A stretch of DNA of 64,000 nucleotides from the human T2T-CHM13v2.0 reference genome, Homo sapiens (GCF_009914755.1 NC_060941.1); one strand, 5' to 3'. Counted from the first letter of the stretch, positions 1-17,760 are shown. Numbers and translations are program-made. Notes: generated by a model from the sequence alone, not told the origin.

Positions 1-70
1 CGCCACTGCACTCCAGCCTGGGCATCAGGGCAGACTCTGTCTCAAAAACAAAAAACAAAAAAACAAAAAA
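1..70 (+). mobile_element. Alu 3' end (cut by window edge)
   Basis: CCACTGCACTCCAGCCTGGG...CTGTCTC + A-rich tail. Confidence 0.9.
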
Positions 71-79
71 CATTCATGG

Positions 80-1125
80 GCCAATGATTCAGAAATCTAT
101 AACTCTAGCTAGACTTTGCAAGCCAACTCCAAACTTATGTATCCAGCTGTCTAGTCAGTATCTCCATTTGAATGTCTAATGGCAATCAAACCTCACAATC
201 AAAAAACAAATTCCTGATAGTCCCCCTAAAGCCCCTGGAGCTGCAGCCTTCCTCGTCTCAGTTGATGGCAATTCCATCCCTGCAGCTGGGCAGCCCTGAA
301 ACCTCCGGGTCCCTCCTGGCTCCTCGCTTTCTCTCATATCCCACATCCAATCCATCGGCAAATCCCATTGGCTCCACCTTCAATCGGGACCCAGGAAGGG
401 ATCCCTTCTCACCACATCCAGCACGACCACCTTGGTCTGCACCACTATCATCTTTGATCTGGATTCTGCAGTGGCCTCTACATAGGCCTCCCTGCTTCCA
501 TCCTTACCTCTCCTAAGTCCCATCTCAATTCAGTATCTAAAGAGAAACAAACTTTCAAAGCTCAAGTCAAGTCATACACACCCTCTTCAAAACCCTGCAA
601 TGGCTCATCACACACAGAGCAAAAACAAACATTCTTATGCCTCCAAGTTCCATCTAAAGGAGGGGCTGACATCCCTGCCCTCACCTTGTACTTCTCTCCC
701 TGCTGCTCACCCTGCTGTGGCCACAGTGGACTCTTGGCTACTCCTTGTGGGGGCCAGACATGCTCCTGCCTCAGGGCCTTTGCACTGGCTGTTCCCTCTG
801 CCTAAAACACTCACTGTTTCCCAGAGATCTGCATGACTGACTCAAATTCAAGGACATCTCAAGGAGCCCCTCCCTACCTACTCTATTTAAAATGGCAATT
901 TCTTCCTCTAACACTCTACCGTCTCCTCTGCCCTGTTGAACTTTTTCTTTTTTTAAATCACTAACCACCTTCTAACACAATATAAAATTCATTTATTATG
1001 ATGATGTTCATCGACTATCTCACCTTGCTATAATATTGGTTATAGAAGGCCAGAGATCTTGGTCTGTTTTAGTACTGATATAACCCAAGTACATGGAATA
1101 CAATACTCAAATATAATAAATAAAA
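80..1125 (+). mobile_element. Old L2 LINE 3' portion
   Basis: L2-like motifs (CCTCAGGGCCTTTGCACTGGCTGTTCCCTCTGCC; degenerate 3' end near 1100). Confidence 0.7.
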
Positions 1126-1282
1126 GACAAGACTGGGAAAGAAATGTCCCTTCAAACCTCTCCATCCAGTCAAGCCAGCTGTCCTCCAGTTTACTGAAAC
1201 CAGTGACTATTACCACCATGCTTCTGGTGAAATCTAACTCAGTTGAGATTCCTGGAAGGCACTCAATCCTCATTTCAATTTA

Positions 1283-1754
<472 letters not shown>

Positions 1755-2491
1755 TGAACTTAGACTTGGAAACTCCAAAGACACAGAATAGGGTCTCCTG
1801 TCAGGGAAGAAGTAAGATTTTAATTTATGCTCATTTAAGATCATCAAATATTGCTGTCATTCCACACATCTTCCTCCTGTTTCTGGCTTTATTCCAAGTT
1901 GTCACTGGAGTCAACAAACATTTGAGAAAGTAAACTCTGAACCATCCTGGCCTTCCATTGGGATGAGCCAGGAAATAATTCCAGCTGAGCATAATGAATC
2001 ACCCAAGTACAGTGGCAGGTGTGGTATATAAAAGGGTCCATTAGAGGAAAGTTGGATACTCATTCCATTGCTATAAAGTCTGGACCTTAGACCACATTTT
2101 TGTTCTTCAGAGAAATAGTTGCCGTAATACACCTCAGTGTAGTTACCTTATTTAACACTAAACCCACTGGGCAGATCTTTACTCTTCCTCAATTGGCTAA
2201 AGAAGGGGTCATAAATGGCAGAAAGACAGCTACTATTATGAATGAAAAACAAGTAACCTCTCTTCTCTAACTATTAGCACTTAACAGGCTACAAGTTGCT
2301 GTCAGGGCTCCTAAGTAGTCCTCTGCAGGGGACCAAGGGGTCTTTCAATGACCTCTTTAAGATACGGGGTGGGCATGAGCAGGGTCTTCCACCAAGGCTA
2401 ACCCACTTTGGCCATCTTTGTGCAGTGAGGTCCATATAAGACCCCATCTTTATCTCAAGACATACTGAATACCAAGATCTAGAAAACCAAC

Positions 2492-2793
2492 AGGGTCAGA
2501 TGCTGTGGCTCATGCCCGTAATCCCAGTACTTTGAGAGGCTGAGGTGGGCTAATCACTTGAGGCCGGGAGTTTAAGACCAGCCTGGCCAACATGGTGAAA
2601 CCCCGTCTCTTCGAAAAATACAAAAATTAGCTGGGCATGATGGCACACATCTTTAATCCCAGCTACTCGGGAGGCCGAGGCAGGAGAATTGCTTGAACCG
2701 GGAAGTGGAGATTGAAGTGAGCTGAGACTGCACCACTGCACTCCAGCCTGGGCGACAGAGCGAGACTCTGTCTCATATAAAAAAAAAAAAAAA
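2492..2793 (+). mobile_element. AluS
   Basis: Full dimer; TSD-like GAAAACCAAC on both sides. Confidence 0.92.
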
Positions 2794-3459
2794 TTGGAAA
2801 ACCAACTAAAAAAAGCTTATTCATAACTCAAAGAAAAGGGTCAAGAGGGGAATGAGGGAGACACATAAACTGATGAAAATGTTGGGAAAACTGGCCTACC
2901 TATGATCGTATGATAGACATTCCTAAGATTAGGATAGAAATAACAGAGGAATGTGCTTCTTATCTAGAGAAATATCTGAGCTTAAAAAGTAATTAAACAC
3001 ATAGTGCTTTCGGCAGATTTAATATATACTAGAATATATAATATGTATTAGAATTTTCACACTTTAAAGACGACAAAAAAAAGTCTTCATTGTGCAAGCA
3101 AAACAATATCAAGTTATACAGAGGAACAGACTCACTTTGGCCATGCTTTTTGCTTCCACAATACTAAAGCCAGAAGACAAGGGATCAACATCTGCAGAAG
3201 CTTTGTAGAGAAAAATGTCATGACTAGAAAGCTTTGCCCAGCCAAGTTCTTGCTCCTGTATTAGAGTAACAGATTGGCACCATGAACTCTGCAAGGACTC
3301 AGAAAATGTATCACCCAAGGATGCTCCCTGGGGAAGATTATTGCTCAAACTCGAATTCCCAAACAACAAAAGGTGGGTCAGCATGTTTAAGATCTCAAGA
3401 TCGAGGAAATCATGGCTGAAAAGGCAGCAGGAGTATCATCGATGCCAACAATGCGCTCG

Positions 3460-3660
3460 TAAGTCCCAAGCACTGTACTGAAAGCTGTATGTATATTTAG
3501 CATCTCATTTAATTCTCTAAGTAAGCCACTTGTGGCATTATCCCCATTTCTTAGATGAGAAAACCAAGGTTCAGGGAGTTCAAGCAATTCGTCAAGATAA
3601 CCTCCTTAGGAAGTGAGAGAGTTGGAATTTCAAAATGCATCCCAAATTGCTCAGGTTCCC
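3460..3660 (-). mobile_element. MIR
   Basis: TCCCCATTTCTTAGATGAGAAAACCAAGGTTCAGGGAG core. Confidence 0.7.
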
Positions 3661-3808
3661 TCAGTTTATTTATTTTTAAAAATATCTTTATCATTTCCTA
3701 TGCTTAATCATGTTTTCTAGTTGCTCTAAAAGAAACATTCATTGTTTTTGAAATAAGGCATTAATATGTCCTTTTTTCCAATTAAAATACATCTAAAGAC
3801 ATAAAACA

Positions 3809-4103
3809 GGCCAGCGTGGTAGCTCACGCCTGTAGTCCCAACACTTTGAGGGACCGAGGCAGGTGGATGACCTGAGGTCAGGAGTTCAAGACCAGCCTGG
3901 CCAACATGGTGAAACCCCATCTCTACTAAAAATACAAAAAATTAGCAAGGCATGGTGGTGCACACCTGTAATCCCAGCTACTCAAGAGGCTGTGGCAGGA
4001 GAATCACTTGAACCCAGGAGGCAGAGGCTGCAGTAAGCCAAGATCGCTCCACTGCACTCCAGCCTGGGGGACAGAGCAAGACTCTGTCTTAAAAAAAAAA
4101 AAA
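3809..4103 (+). mobile_element. AluSx-like
   Basis: Full dimer; TSD AAAGACATAAAA. Confidence 0.93.
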
Positions 4104-4227
4104 GACATAAAAGAAATTACTCTAAAATGCTAAATAGGAAAGGATTGGTAAGAACATTTCAGAAAGATGCCCACATAAAGAAGGCAGGTAAGGCAATTAT
4201 CAGTGCCAAATTATACTGAACTCAATA

Positions 4228-4648
4228 GACTTGACCCTCGAACAATGCAGACGTTAGGAATGCTGGTTCCCTGCGCAGTAGAAAATCTGCAGAGAGTTTT
4301 TGGCTTCCCCAAAACTTAACTATGAATAACCTGCTGTTGACCAGAAGTCTTACCAATAACATAGTCAATTAGTACATATAGTGTATGTTATATGTATTAT
4401 AAACTGTATTCTTACAATATAGCAATCTCAAGAAAAAATGTTATTAAGGAATTCATAAGATAACATATATTTACTATTCATTAAGTGGAAGTGAGTCATC
4501 ATAAAGGTCTCATCCTCATCCTCTTCACATTGAGTCAGCTGAGGAAGAGGAGGGGTTGGTCTTGCTCTCTCAGGGGGCAGAGGCGGAAGAAAATCTGAGT
4601 GTAAGTGAACTCACGTAGTTCAGATCTGTGTTGTTCAAGGGTCAACTA
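4228..4648. mobile_element. Tigger2a (MER28) DNA transposon fossil
   Basis: TIRs TTGACCCTCGAACAA ... TTGTTCAAGGGTCAACT; about 420 bp with typical internal sequence. Confidence 0.85.
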
Positions 4649-4870
4649 TATTTTCAAATAGCATTAAGCAGAACCAGAGATACCCAGTATTTATAAAAGA
4701 TACCCTCCACAGCAATCATGTAACAGTTATGAATTTATGCTCCAAATAACTTGGTAACAAATATGTAAACAAAAAGGAAGTAGAAGTTGTTTAAACTAAC
4801 CGGAATGGGAAGTTTTCACATATGATGATCTATCTATGACGATCAAAAAATAAAGCCAAGAAAGATTTGT

Positions 4871-4923
4871 ACTGCCACCTTCACTCCTCTCCAAAAAGGA
4901 CCCACGTCACAATTGCCCATTCC
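4871..4923 (+). repeat. 53-bp direct repeat, copy 1 (copy 2 at 5398-5450)
   Basis: ACTGCCA(C/T)CTTCACTCCTCTCCAAAAAGGACCCACGTCACAATTGCCCATTCC; 1 mismatch between copies. Confidence 0.95.
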
Positions 4924-5003
4924 CCTTTTCCAGCCAGACAACTGTGCTGACAAATGACTTTACCTTCAGGCAGTGGCTGTCACGCTCACGGGCAAGACCT
5001 CAC

Positions 5004-5914
<911 letters not shown>

Positions 5915-5959
5915 CTAGCAATGCCTGTTTAAGACAAGCAATGTTGAGTCATGATTAGA

Positions 5960-6190
5960 GACACAGATGCCAGAACCATGCTGCCTGCTTCCCTTCCTGA
6001 CTCAGCCACTGGCCAGCTGTGTAGTGCCAAATAAGTTGTTTCACCTCTCTGTGCAGTGGTTTTCTGATTCGTAAAACTAGAATAATAGCATTACCTATGT
6101 CACAAGCGTTTTGTGAGGATTAAATGCAACAATGTCTGAAAGTACTTAGAATGTACTAAGTGCTGATTGTATTGATGGTTATTGTTAGTA
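5960..6190 (+). mobile_element. MIR
   Basis: CACCTCTCTGTGCAGTGGTTTTCTGATTCGTAAAA...GTGAGGATTAAATG. Confidence 0.7.
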
Positions 6191-6199
6191 TCATGTTCC

Positions 6200-6630
6200 C
6201 TCTCCCATAGCCGTACAGAATTACATAATATGTGACCCTGCTCTCCTGGTCACACTGATTTATGGGAACCAATTCAGACGCCTGGCTCAGCCAATCAGAA
6301 TCCCTCTCCAGGGAGAATTGGCCACTCCAACGTGCAAGCTAAATCTGAAAAATCACGTGATGCGCGAGCAGCTCTGCCACAATGGAACGAGGGAAGCGGC
6401 TGGACAGACAATCAGAAGGAATCAGATATACATCAACAAGCAGAGATGGGAAACCATGCAGCTAGACAGGAGAGAGAAGGGCAGAACTGCAGCCCACGTG
6501 CCACAGACATTCATGGGCCATCCGTAGCACCCAGCCCTTGGGTTTTCTGAGCAAACCTTCCTTTTAAAAATGCCTTTACAAATTGGCTTATATTGGAAGA
6601 ATGTCATTCTTAGAACCTTATTCTAAATAT
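6200..6630. mobile_element. Possible ancient ERVL LTR (LTR16/LTR33-like)
   Basis: GGCTCAGCCAATCAGAATCCCTCTCCAGGGA motif; heavily diverged. Confidence 0.4.
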
Positions 6631-6868
6631 CCATGGTCCCCTGGGCTATTTGTTTATTCATAATGGAGCCAAATTGTGTGGATTTGAAATTGGGAGGACA
6701 AGAGTGGGAGAGAGCATCCAGCTTTCAGTTCACAGCATGGGATGGATTTGTGGGGAAGGCTTTCTAGAGGAGATAGGTCTTGAGTGAATCTTAAACACGT
6801 GATGGCACAGACAGAATGAAGGGTCCCTTTATTGGGAGAGAAAACCCAGCAAGCATAACTCAGGTGTC

Positions 6869-7250
6869 TGTTAAATTAAATAAGCAAAAGGCCATTGGTC
6901 TGAGGCTGTACTTTGAGTTGCTTCGCAGTGAACTACAACCTAACTTAGTATGTATACAAATGAAAATCTCATTAGGAGTATATATTTTTTGTAATAGGAT
7001 AGCTAGATCTCAGTCAATCACAAGCGGCTGAGCTTCAACCAATCACAGGCAGCCAAGCTTCAGCCAACCAGAGGCAGCCAACTGATCAGACTAAGTCCAA
7101 ATAAGGTAAATGCCTAACTGTAACCAATTAAGCTATTTCTATACTTTATTTCCTGCTTGAATTTCAAAAAACACGGAGCTCTCTGAATGTCTTCTAGTTT
7201 TGAATGCTGCCTAATTCACGAAGCCTTTAATGCTTAAATAAATTAAAAAA
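6869..7250 (+). mobile_element. ERV1 solo LTR, MER57-like
   Basis: Starts TGTTAAATTAA; repeated CCAATCACAGGCAGCCAA units. Confidence 0.7.
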
Positions 7251-7288
7251 CATTAGAAGAAAAAAACTTCTTTTGAAAATCATTTTGT

Positions 7289-7612
7289 GGCCAGGCGCAG
7301 TAGCTCACACCTGTAATCCCAGCACTTTGGGAGGCCGAGGCAGGCGGATCATGAGGTCAGGAGATTGAGACCATCCTGGCTAACACGGTGAAACCCTATC
7401 TCTACTAAAAATACAAAAATTAACTGGGCGTGGTGGCAGGCGCCTGTAGTCCCAGCTATTCGGGAGGCTGAGTGAGGCAGGAGAATGGCTTGAACCCAGG
7501 AGGCGGAGCTTGCAGTGACCCGAGATCCCGCGGCTGCACTCCAGCCTGGGCAACAGAGCAAGACTCCGTCTCAAAAAAAAAAAAAAAAAAAAAAACAGAA
7601 AGAAAGAAAGAA
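7289..7612 (+). mobile_element. AluY/Sc-like
   Basis: GAGACCATCCTGGCTAACACGG; TSD GAAAATCATTTTGT. Confidence 0.93.
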
Positions 7613-7924
7613 AATCATTTTGTATTTATTTGCTCAAATCCTACAAGTACAGATTGAAAAGTAAGAAAGTACAGGGCAGGTAGACTCACTCCTCCCCAGC
7701 TCCCAATCATTTCTCTCTTACTAACAGCTGAATCTCAGTTCCATTAGGAAAAGGGGGGTCTTTGGTCCTCCACAACGCAAGGATGCCAGTCCTCCACTGG
7801 TCAGTAGCCCTGACTCACATAACCAGCCTGTGGAGAATTCAGCTGTCTCAATTGGATAGCAACTCCTCCCAGACAGTATTTACACAAGGCGAAGCTCCAC
7901 ACTCATTGTGTGGTATCCACACCA

Positions 7925-7984
7925 TGTGTATGCATGTACGTGTGTGTGTGCATGTGTGCATGTGTATGTGTGTGTGGGTGCATA
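7925..7984. repeat. Degenerate (TG)n
   Basis: Read directly from the sequence. Confidence 0.8.
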
Positions 7985-8375
7985 CAACTGCTACTCAGTA
8001 CCATCCTGAGATATTAGATCACCTTCGTGTATGTATGCACATGTGTGCACTTCTGTGCACACATTGGGGGAAGGGGTTTTATACATTTTGAGTAGACAAT
8101 ATGTAGATGACTCAGGCTGCAGATGCTGGTTGAGAAACTGAACTAAACATCTGGGATTTCAAGCTCACAAATGCTAAAGACATAAGCAAAGCAGTCCCTG
8201 AGAGCTGTCCATGAACTAACCTGGGTCATGGTGGAGGGTCCTCAGCTTTCTCCTAGATCAGTCAGCAAACATTCCTGATTTCCTGTGCCTGGTCTGAGCA
8301 TACAGGCCTGCACTAGATGCTCTCCAGTGAGAGTTGATAGGGGCCAAAAGAAAAATCTCTTCTCTTGCAGACTTT

Positions 8376-8712
<337 letters not shown>

Positions 8713-9459
8713 TAAGAGAGGGCAGACAGAGAAGACACACACAAATTCCCTCAAATCTAAGGGGCTAAACACACACTCTAACAATCACCGACAGTTGCAC
8801 TTGTTTTTGCCAATGTCACAAAAGGATCCTACTCTGAATCTCCTGCAGATACCGCACAGAGAGCAACAGACCTCGGACGCACCACGAGCAAATTCTAGCG
8901 TTCTGCTTGTGTTTTATAGGAACATCAAGGAGCATAAAGAATTCTTCACCAAAATAAAAATGCACGCCTGGCCCCAGGCTTCCAATGTGTGAAAACTGAC
9001 GTCAGTGCCTTCCCTAGTAGGAAACAGGAGGGTGTGAATGCCTCACGTCCTTGTGAAAGTTAAATAAGCCACCATTTGGTGACAGCCACTAATGAGTCTG
9101 CAACAAGGAAGATTAGTCCAAATAAATCATTACAGAGTATGATGCGTCGTGAGCAATGAATCTTCTTGCCGCTCCTGGTAAGGCTAGTTCAACCATCACA
9201 CCCATCAAGTAAAATGCTAGTGCGTGGGAAAAGGATGATCAGTTAGCGGAGGCAATTGCCAAGCACCTTGTGGGATGTGAGGGTGTGCCAGAGTGACAAG
9301 AACCTCGTGAGGTTTCTTGAAATTGGAAAGGTTTGGGCACTTTTGAAGTGGAGTTTGGGAAGGAGGAGTAGAGGGGGGACTATTTCATTTAGGGATGAAA
9401 TAGTCAATGTCAAACTCAGAAGCAAAACAACATCAGAGACACTGGTTAATAGGTAATAT

Positions 9460-9630
9460 TGGGAACTTATCTTCAATGAGTCCTCAATCCTTACAAAAGC
9501 CCCATGAAGTAGAGATTAATCCCCTTTAACGAATGAGTAAATTGAAGAACAGAGAGGCAGAGTAACTGGTCCCAGGTCACACAGCCAGTCTGCAGTGGAC
9601 TCAGGAGTCGACTCAGCATCTTTGCCTCCA
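9460..9630 (-). mobile_element. MIR
   Basis: CCCCTTTAACGAATGAGTAAATTGAAG...CCCAGGTCACACAGCCAG. Confidence 0.7.
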
Positions 9631-10980
9631 GGAGCCCCTCTTTTAACTAGGGCCTCATGGTTGACTGGGGATGAAGTGGGGGGTGGGGTGGGGGTGGAGA
9701 AAAGGCTGAACTGCTCATTGCTTGCCAAAAAAGGTAGTGGGAGCAGTTGCTGCCGTGAGAAGGAGAGTCTGGTGAGCTCTCATTGCCTGTGACCAGAGTG
9801 GGGAAAGACTCAGGAGAAATCTCGTATCTATAATCATTCTTACTTGCAGACAAACCTGAAACATTTCATGATAGTAGTATGTGTTAACCCATTAGACCTA
9901 CTATTTCTAAGCATAAAGTAATTGCAAGCAGAAAATATTTACCCATGCTAAGCCCACAACACAGGCTTATACTTCTTTTGGGAAGGAGAATGAAGATTCT
10001 TTGTTGTTAGGAAAAAAAAGTTGCCCATCATTAAAATTTTGTTTTTTAACTTATAATTGAGCATCTAAGAATTCACACAAAGAAAGGACCCACTGCCAGG
10101 GCTCAGCCTCTCATCCTTCCCACTCCATCTTTCCTGGAAAAGAACCACAGTGCTACATGAAAGGGTGAGGACGACAATAAAACAGACAGAAAAGTCCCAG
10201 GCTCACTTTTCCCACGGAATCACCAGGTGATCTTTTCTGATGCATCCGCTTCCCTGATTTCCTCTTCCCCAAAACAAAGGACATGATTGTGGCCACAAAA
10301 CATCATAGGATGGAGAAAAGCAGACACGGGTCTTGCGGGCACAAGCCCAGGGGCCATCAGCAAACCCTGCTGCCCAGGTAAGCCCCTGCCCTTCAAGGTC
10401 TGGCTTCCTCCCTGCAGAGTGGAAGTCTCTGAAGTCCTCTAGTGAATGGCCCCAAACCATTTTGGATCAGCAACCGCCTTTGAAAGTACGGCGAAAGTTA
10501 CAATCCAGCAAAAAATACACAGACCATTTTGAAATAATTGTCGGGTCCTTATGGATTCAAGAACGTCAGACTGAGAACATCTTGCTAGATAAATGCCAAG
10601 TTAACCTCCGTTTTCATAGCCCACGGGCCCAATCACACCAGCAACACAGAATGTATGTGGTCCCTGAGATGGTGTAACCGGCTAAATCTAATGGGCCCAA
10701 TGATGGAATTGCAGGCCCCCGATGAATATGGCAATGCTAATTAACAGAACACTAGCCAAGAGAGCTTTAACAACATTCCCATGGTATTATTGGAGATGAT
10801 TTGGTTGGATTAGCACAAATGGCAAATCGTCATCTGTTAAGTGCAGAAAGCATCAAATCCCTGGAAAAACTCTTTCTAAACCCCTGTTACAAAACAAAAT
10901 GAAGAGTGGCCAGCAACATATATTCATTAAGTAGTATGTATACACAAACAAAACCAAAGGCCAATCAAAAGCAGAATAGA

Positions 10981-11291
<311 letters not shown>

Positions 11292-12046
11292 TCAACTTAT
11301 ATTGTCCCTGCCTTCTTGTTTCCCAAAGAATCAGTCTAGTTTCAGGTAACACAAATTATTATTTACATTCTCATATGATGGGAACTTTTGGCTATTTCTA
11401 GACTTTTTTTCTTATAAATATCACTGTAAAACCTTTAATGTATATAAACAATCAGAAATTGGACAAAGTTCCCAGAAGTTGAACTGTTGATCAAAGGGCC
11501 ATGATACAATTCCCTAATAAATTTCCAGGAAGGCTGTGTCACTTACCCATGAACAGAGTTTGCAAGTTCTCATTATGCCGCTTCTTAGCCCTGGTATTTC
11601 TCATCTTGAAATAAGTATATTTATTTATGGGGCAAATGACATTTCTCTTAATGGGTATTTCTTTGACTGCAAGTGAGGTGGAACATTTTTCAATTTCAGG
11701 CATATTTCTTTCCTCTTTTGAAAGATGCCTGCTGCCCAAATGAGGCCTCTTTAAATAACAGTAATATGATTAGCTAATTATTTACAGACACTGGTAATTT
11801 TCCTGTGATCCGCTTAGGTTTGTCAATGAGACCTAGCTGGGAGTAGCAGGTATTATTATACATCAGACAGACGTATCCACTTGGCCAAGTTGGAGTTTTA
11901 GCCTCAAATTTTAAAATTCCTTTTTGAGATTCCTCAAGACATTATAGGGCTTTAAAAAAAAGTATTACCTGCTTTCCTTATGGAACTATGTAGTATGATC
12001 CTGAAAGCTAATTTTCTCAGGCAATTGTCTCTTTCAATATTAAAAC

Positions 12047-14480
<2,434 letters not shown>

Positions 14481-14630
14481 GACAAGCATCACTCTTTTCA
14501 AAAGAAGAGGATGTACAAGAGCTTCTCTAATCTTCTTTCCCTCATAGCTTGGGAATTCTTGTAAACAACACAGGAGTTTTGTAATCAGTGCACACAAATA
14601 CAAAGCACCTATTGTGGACAGGCTCCTTGC

Positions 14631-14818
14631 TAGGGTTGCCAGATTTAGCAAGTAAAGACAGGATGCCCAGTTATGTTTAAATTTCAGATAAAACCAAGAT
14701 TGTTTTAGTGTAAGTATATCCCACATATTGCATGGGATCTACTTATGCAACAAGGTGTTCATTGTTTATTTGAAGTTCAAATGTAGCAAGGTAACCTGTA
14801 TTTGAACTGACAACTCTA
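14631..14818. mobile_element. MER53 palindromic MITE (hAT)
   Basis: TAGGGTTGCCAGATTTAGCAA...TAAGTATATCCCACATATTGCATGGGATCTACTTA...CTGACAACTCTA. Confidence 0.8.
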
Positions 14819-15116
14819 CTTGAGCCCCTGAGGGGCTCAAGGGGCACTTCTCCTCTTGGAGCTGCAGATCCCGCTTGGGAACCCAGGCAGGGACAAGGGA
14901 GACCAGGACTTCCTGCTCCACAGACCCAATTTAGGGACCAAGTTCTATGGAGTTGAGCAAGCTGACTGCACTCTACCCTGAGAGCAGCCACATATTCATC
15001 TCCATGTAAAATCTATGCAGGATGTGCTACATGGGCCACGTGTAGCCCAGGGCAGGAGAAGATTCCACTGGAGACCAAGAAAACTTCATAGAAAGATAAC
15101 TAAAATATTTATTATG

Positions 15117-15406
<290 letters not shown>

Positions 15407-16379
15407 TTAAGCAGAGAAGCATCTGAAGTTTAGGTGATGTGATCATGAACTTATTTATATACTTTTTAACTATAATAGATATTTCCATTTATCACGCTGA
15501 TAATCACAAGCCACGTGATTATCAGAAGGTCAAACACTGCCTGTGTAAGGAGGCTGATTCAATTGTAGTCAGTACATGTTTTCCCAGGCACAGAAAGTCA
15601 TCTATGTCTTACCTCTGATGCTTATGAATAAGCAATTGCTTAGTGACAACACAGATACAAATAGATCTGCATAACTGTAACTAGTGAAAATTAAATGCAC
15701 ACCAGAAAAGAAACTGGGTTCACTGTTTGCTAAAGATTTCTCATCCATTAAGCAGACCACCCACTTCAACGTTCCTTGTTCCAAGTATCTAAGTAAGATA
15801 ATTTCTACTCTCAGGTGACAGAGCCAAAATGTCTAATAATATTAAAAGTCCACCTACCAGGTGAGCTCTTCTACTTCATAAAGGCACAAACAACCATTTC
15901 ATGAGCATGAGCTCACTCCCAATGAATTAATTTTGGTCTAAAAACAAATCCCACATGGGCTCCAGAGTCACCTCTCCACTCCTTCTCAGCTCACCCTGAA
16001 CATGCATGGTCAGTGCAAATGCCCCGTGGGAGGGAGGCCATCATAGCTTCCGCAGGGTCCACCAGCAAAGGACATTTGCTTAAAAAAAAAAAAAAAAAAA
16101 AAGTCCCAGCACAATTACTGGAGAAAGCGTATTTTGGAGAACATCAATACTTACAAGAGCTTTGCAGTGGACTCCCAACCTCCCCATGGTCAACTTACAT
16201 GGTTGTCAATTACCAGGTCAAGGAGGAGGTGGACAAGAGAATAGTACCTACTTCAGGGCTCCTGTTCAACTGATAACATTAACTTAATTGTCATGTGGCT
16301 CACTTTGCCCTTGAGGTACTGCTGCTCTGTCATCTCTAGTTCTAAGAATAAGGGTGAACAGCTTTGACTGCTGCATCTC

Positions 16380-16580
16380 CAAGTGTTGGGTGAAGACCAC
16401 CTGGTGCAGTGTTACAGTGGGAGCTCCCAAAACACCGACTCCTGGACCCACCCTGGAGCTACTAGAGTCTTTTGGAGACAGACTCAGGAATCTGCATTGT
16501 TCAAGCCATATCCCTCCCAATCCACACTCATCCCATGATGATTCTGATACAAACTAAGTTTTGAACATCAACGTTTTAGA
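16380..16580. mobile_element. MER5-like hAT fossil
   Basis: CTCAGGAATCTGCATTGTTCAAG...GATGATTCTGATACA. Confidence 0.55.
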
Positions 16581-17760
16581 CTGCCCAACTACAAGTTAGT
16601 CCAGGTACCTCCTCTGAACCTAAACAGACTTCAGTCCAACTATTACTGTCCCATTAGGTGTCTCAGGGTAATGAACAGGGATATACTTGATTCTTAGTTA
16701 TATTATTTATATCTGGACACCGAAGGATACATGTGCTTCTGTTTCAAAGACACAGAGGGGACAGCAAAGGAATTTAAGACTAGAAGGTGGGAACGAATTG
16801 AATTGCCCTGACAGAAACCATTTTCTTATATCAAATAAAAATCTTCTCTCCCTCTTTTTTTTAAAAAAAAAAAAAAGAGAATATGGGCTATCACAATTCG
16901 GACAGACAAGCAAATGCAACCACAGCAGATGAGGTGACAGAAAAATAAATTCCCCCAAACCAAGGAATTCTTGCATCTTCCCTGAGGCTATGTCTCAAAC
17001 ACATCTCTCGAGTTATACAATTTCCCACTTCCTCTCTTGTCCTAGGAGTTGGTCGCCAGAAATCAAAACATGACAATATTCACGAAAACTGTTAGTTGCT
17101 ACAATCGAGACAGTATACACATTGCCAGTATTTGCAAATAGTATTCTATTCTGTAAACTACACCAAAAACGAGAATCTTTCGTCAAAGGTCACATAAGTG
17201 AAGGGAAAATGCGGAAGTAAAATGGCTTAAATCGCACTAACATTTCATAGACATTTCTTGATGTCTGGGTTTTCTGGCTTTTCAGGATGTAAAAAACTGA
17301 TGCCAAACAAAGGATCATCACTGGAGAGGACGACGGAAAAAGAAAAAGACGAGCACATGCCTGGAAATGTAGGTTTTGCTGCTTGTCTTTGTTACAAGAA
17401 GGCCAGGAAAGCTGAGGTTTTACCTGGGCGAGTTTACCAGCTACTCATCCATTAGAAGGGTCCTGAGGGACTCAAGGGGCGCTTCCCCTCTTGAAGCTGC
17501 AGATTCCATTTGGGAACCCAGGCAGGGACAAGGAAGACCAGGGCTTCTTGTTCCACAGACAAAATGCCACGACAACAGCCTTGGGGCAGCACCTCTGTCC
17601 CCGGTGCTGGACATCAAATGCCTCAGCTTAGGTTATTGACACAATGCTGGCCCCCTGCTGGCAGCCCCATCTATTAAGTCCATCTGACTGGCCAAGCCAA
17701 GGTCACCTGTGGCTGGGAGAGGACCCAAGAAAGGGAAGGTCTGAAGTCTGAAATCCAACT

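Noticed and set aside
9667-9697. G-quadruplex-capable G-runs (also near 21727 and 60880)
   Set aside because: Common in human introns; nothing indicates a function.
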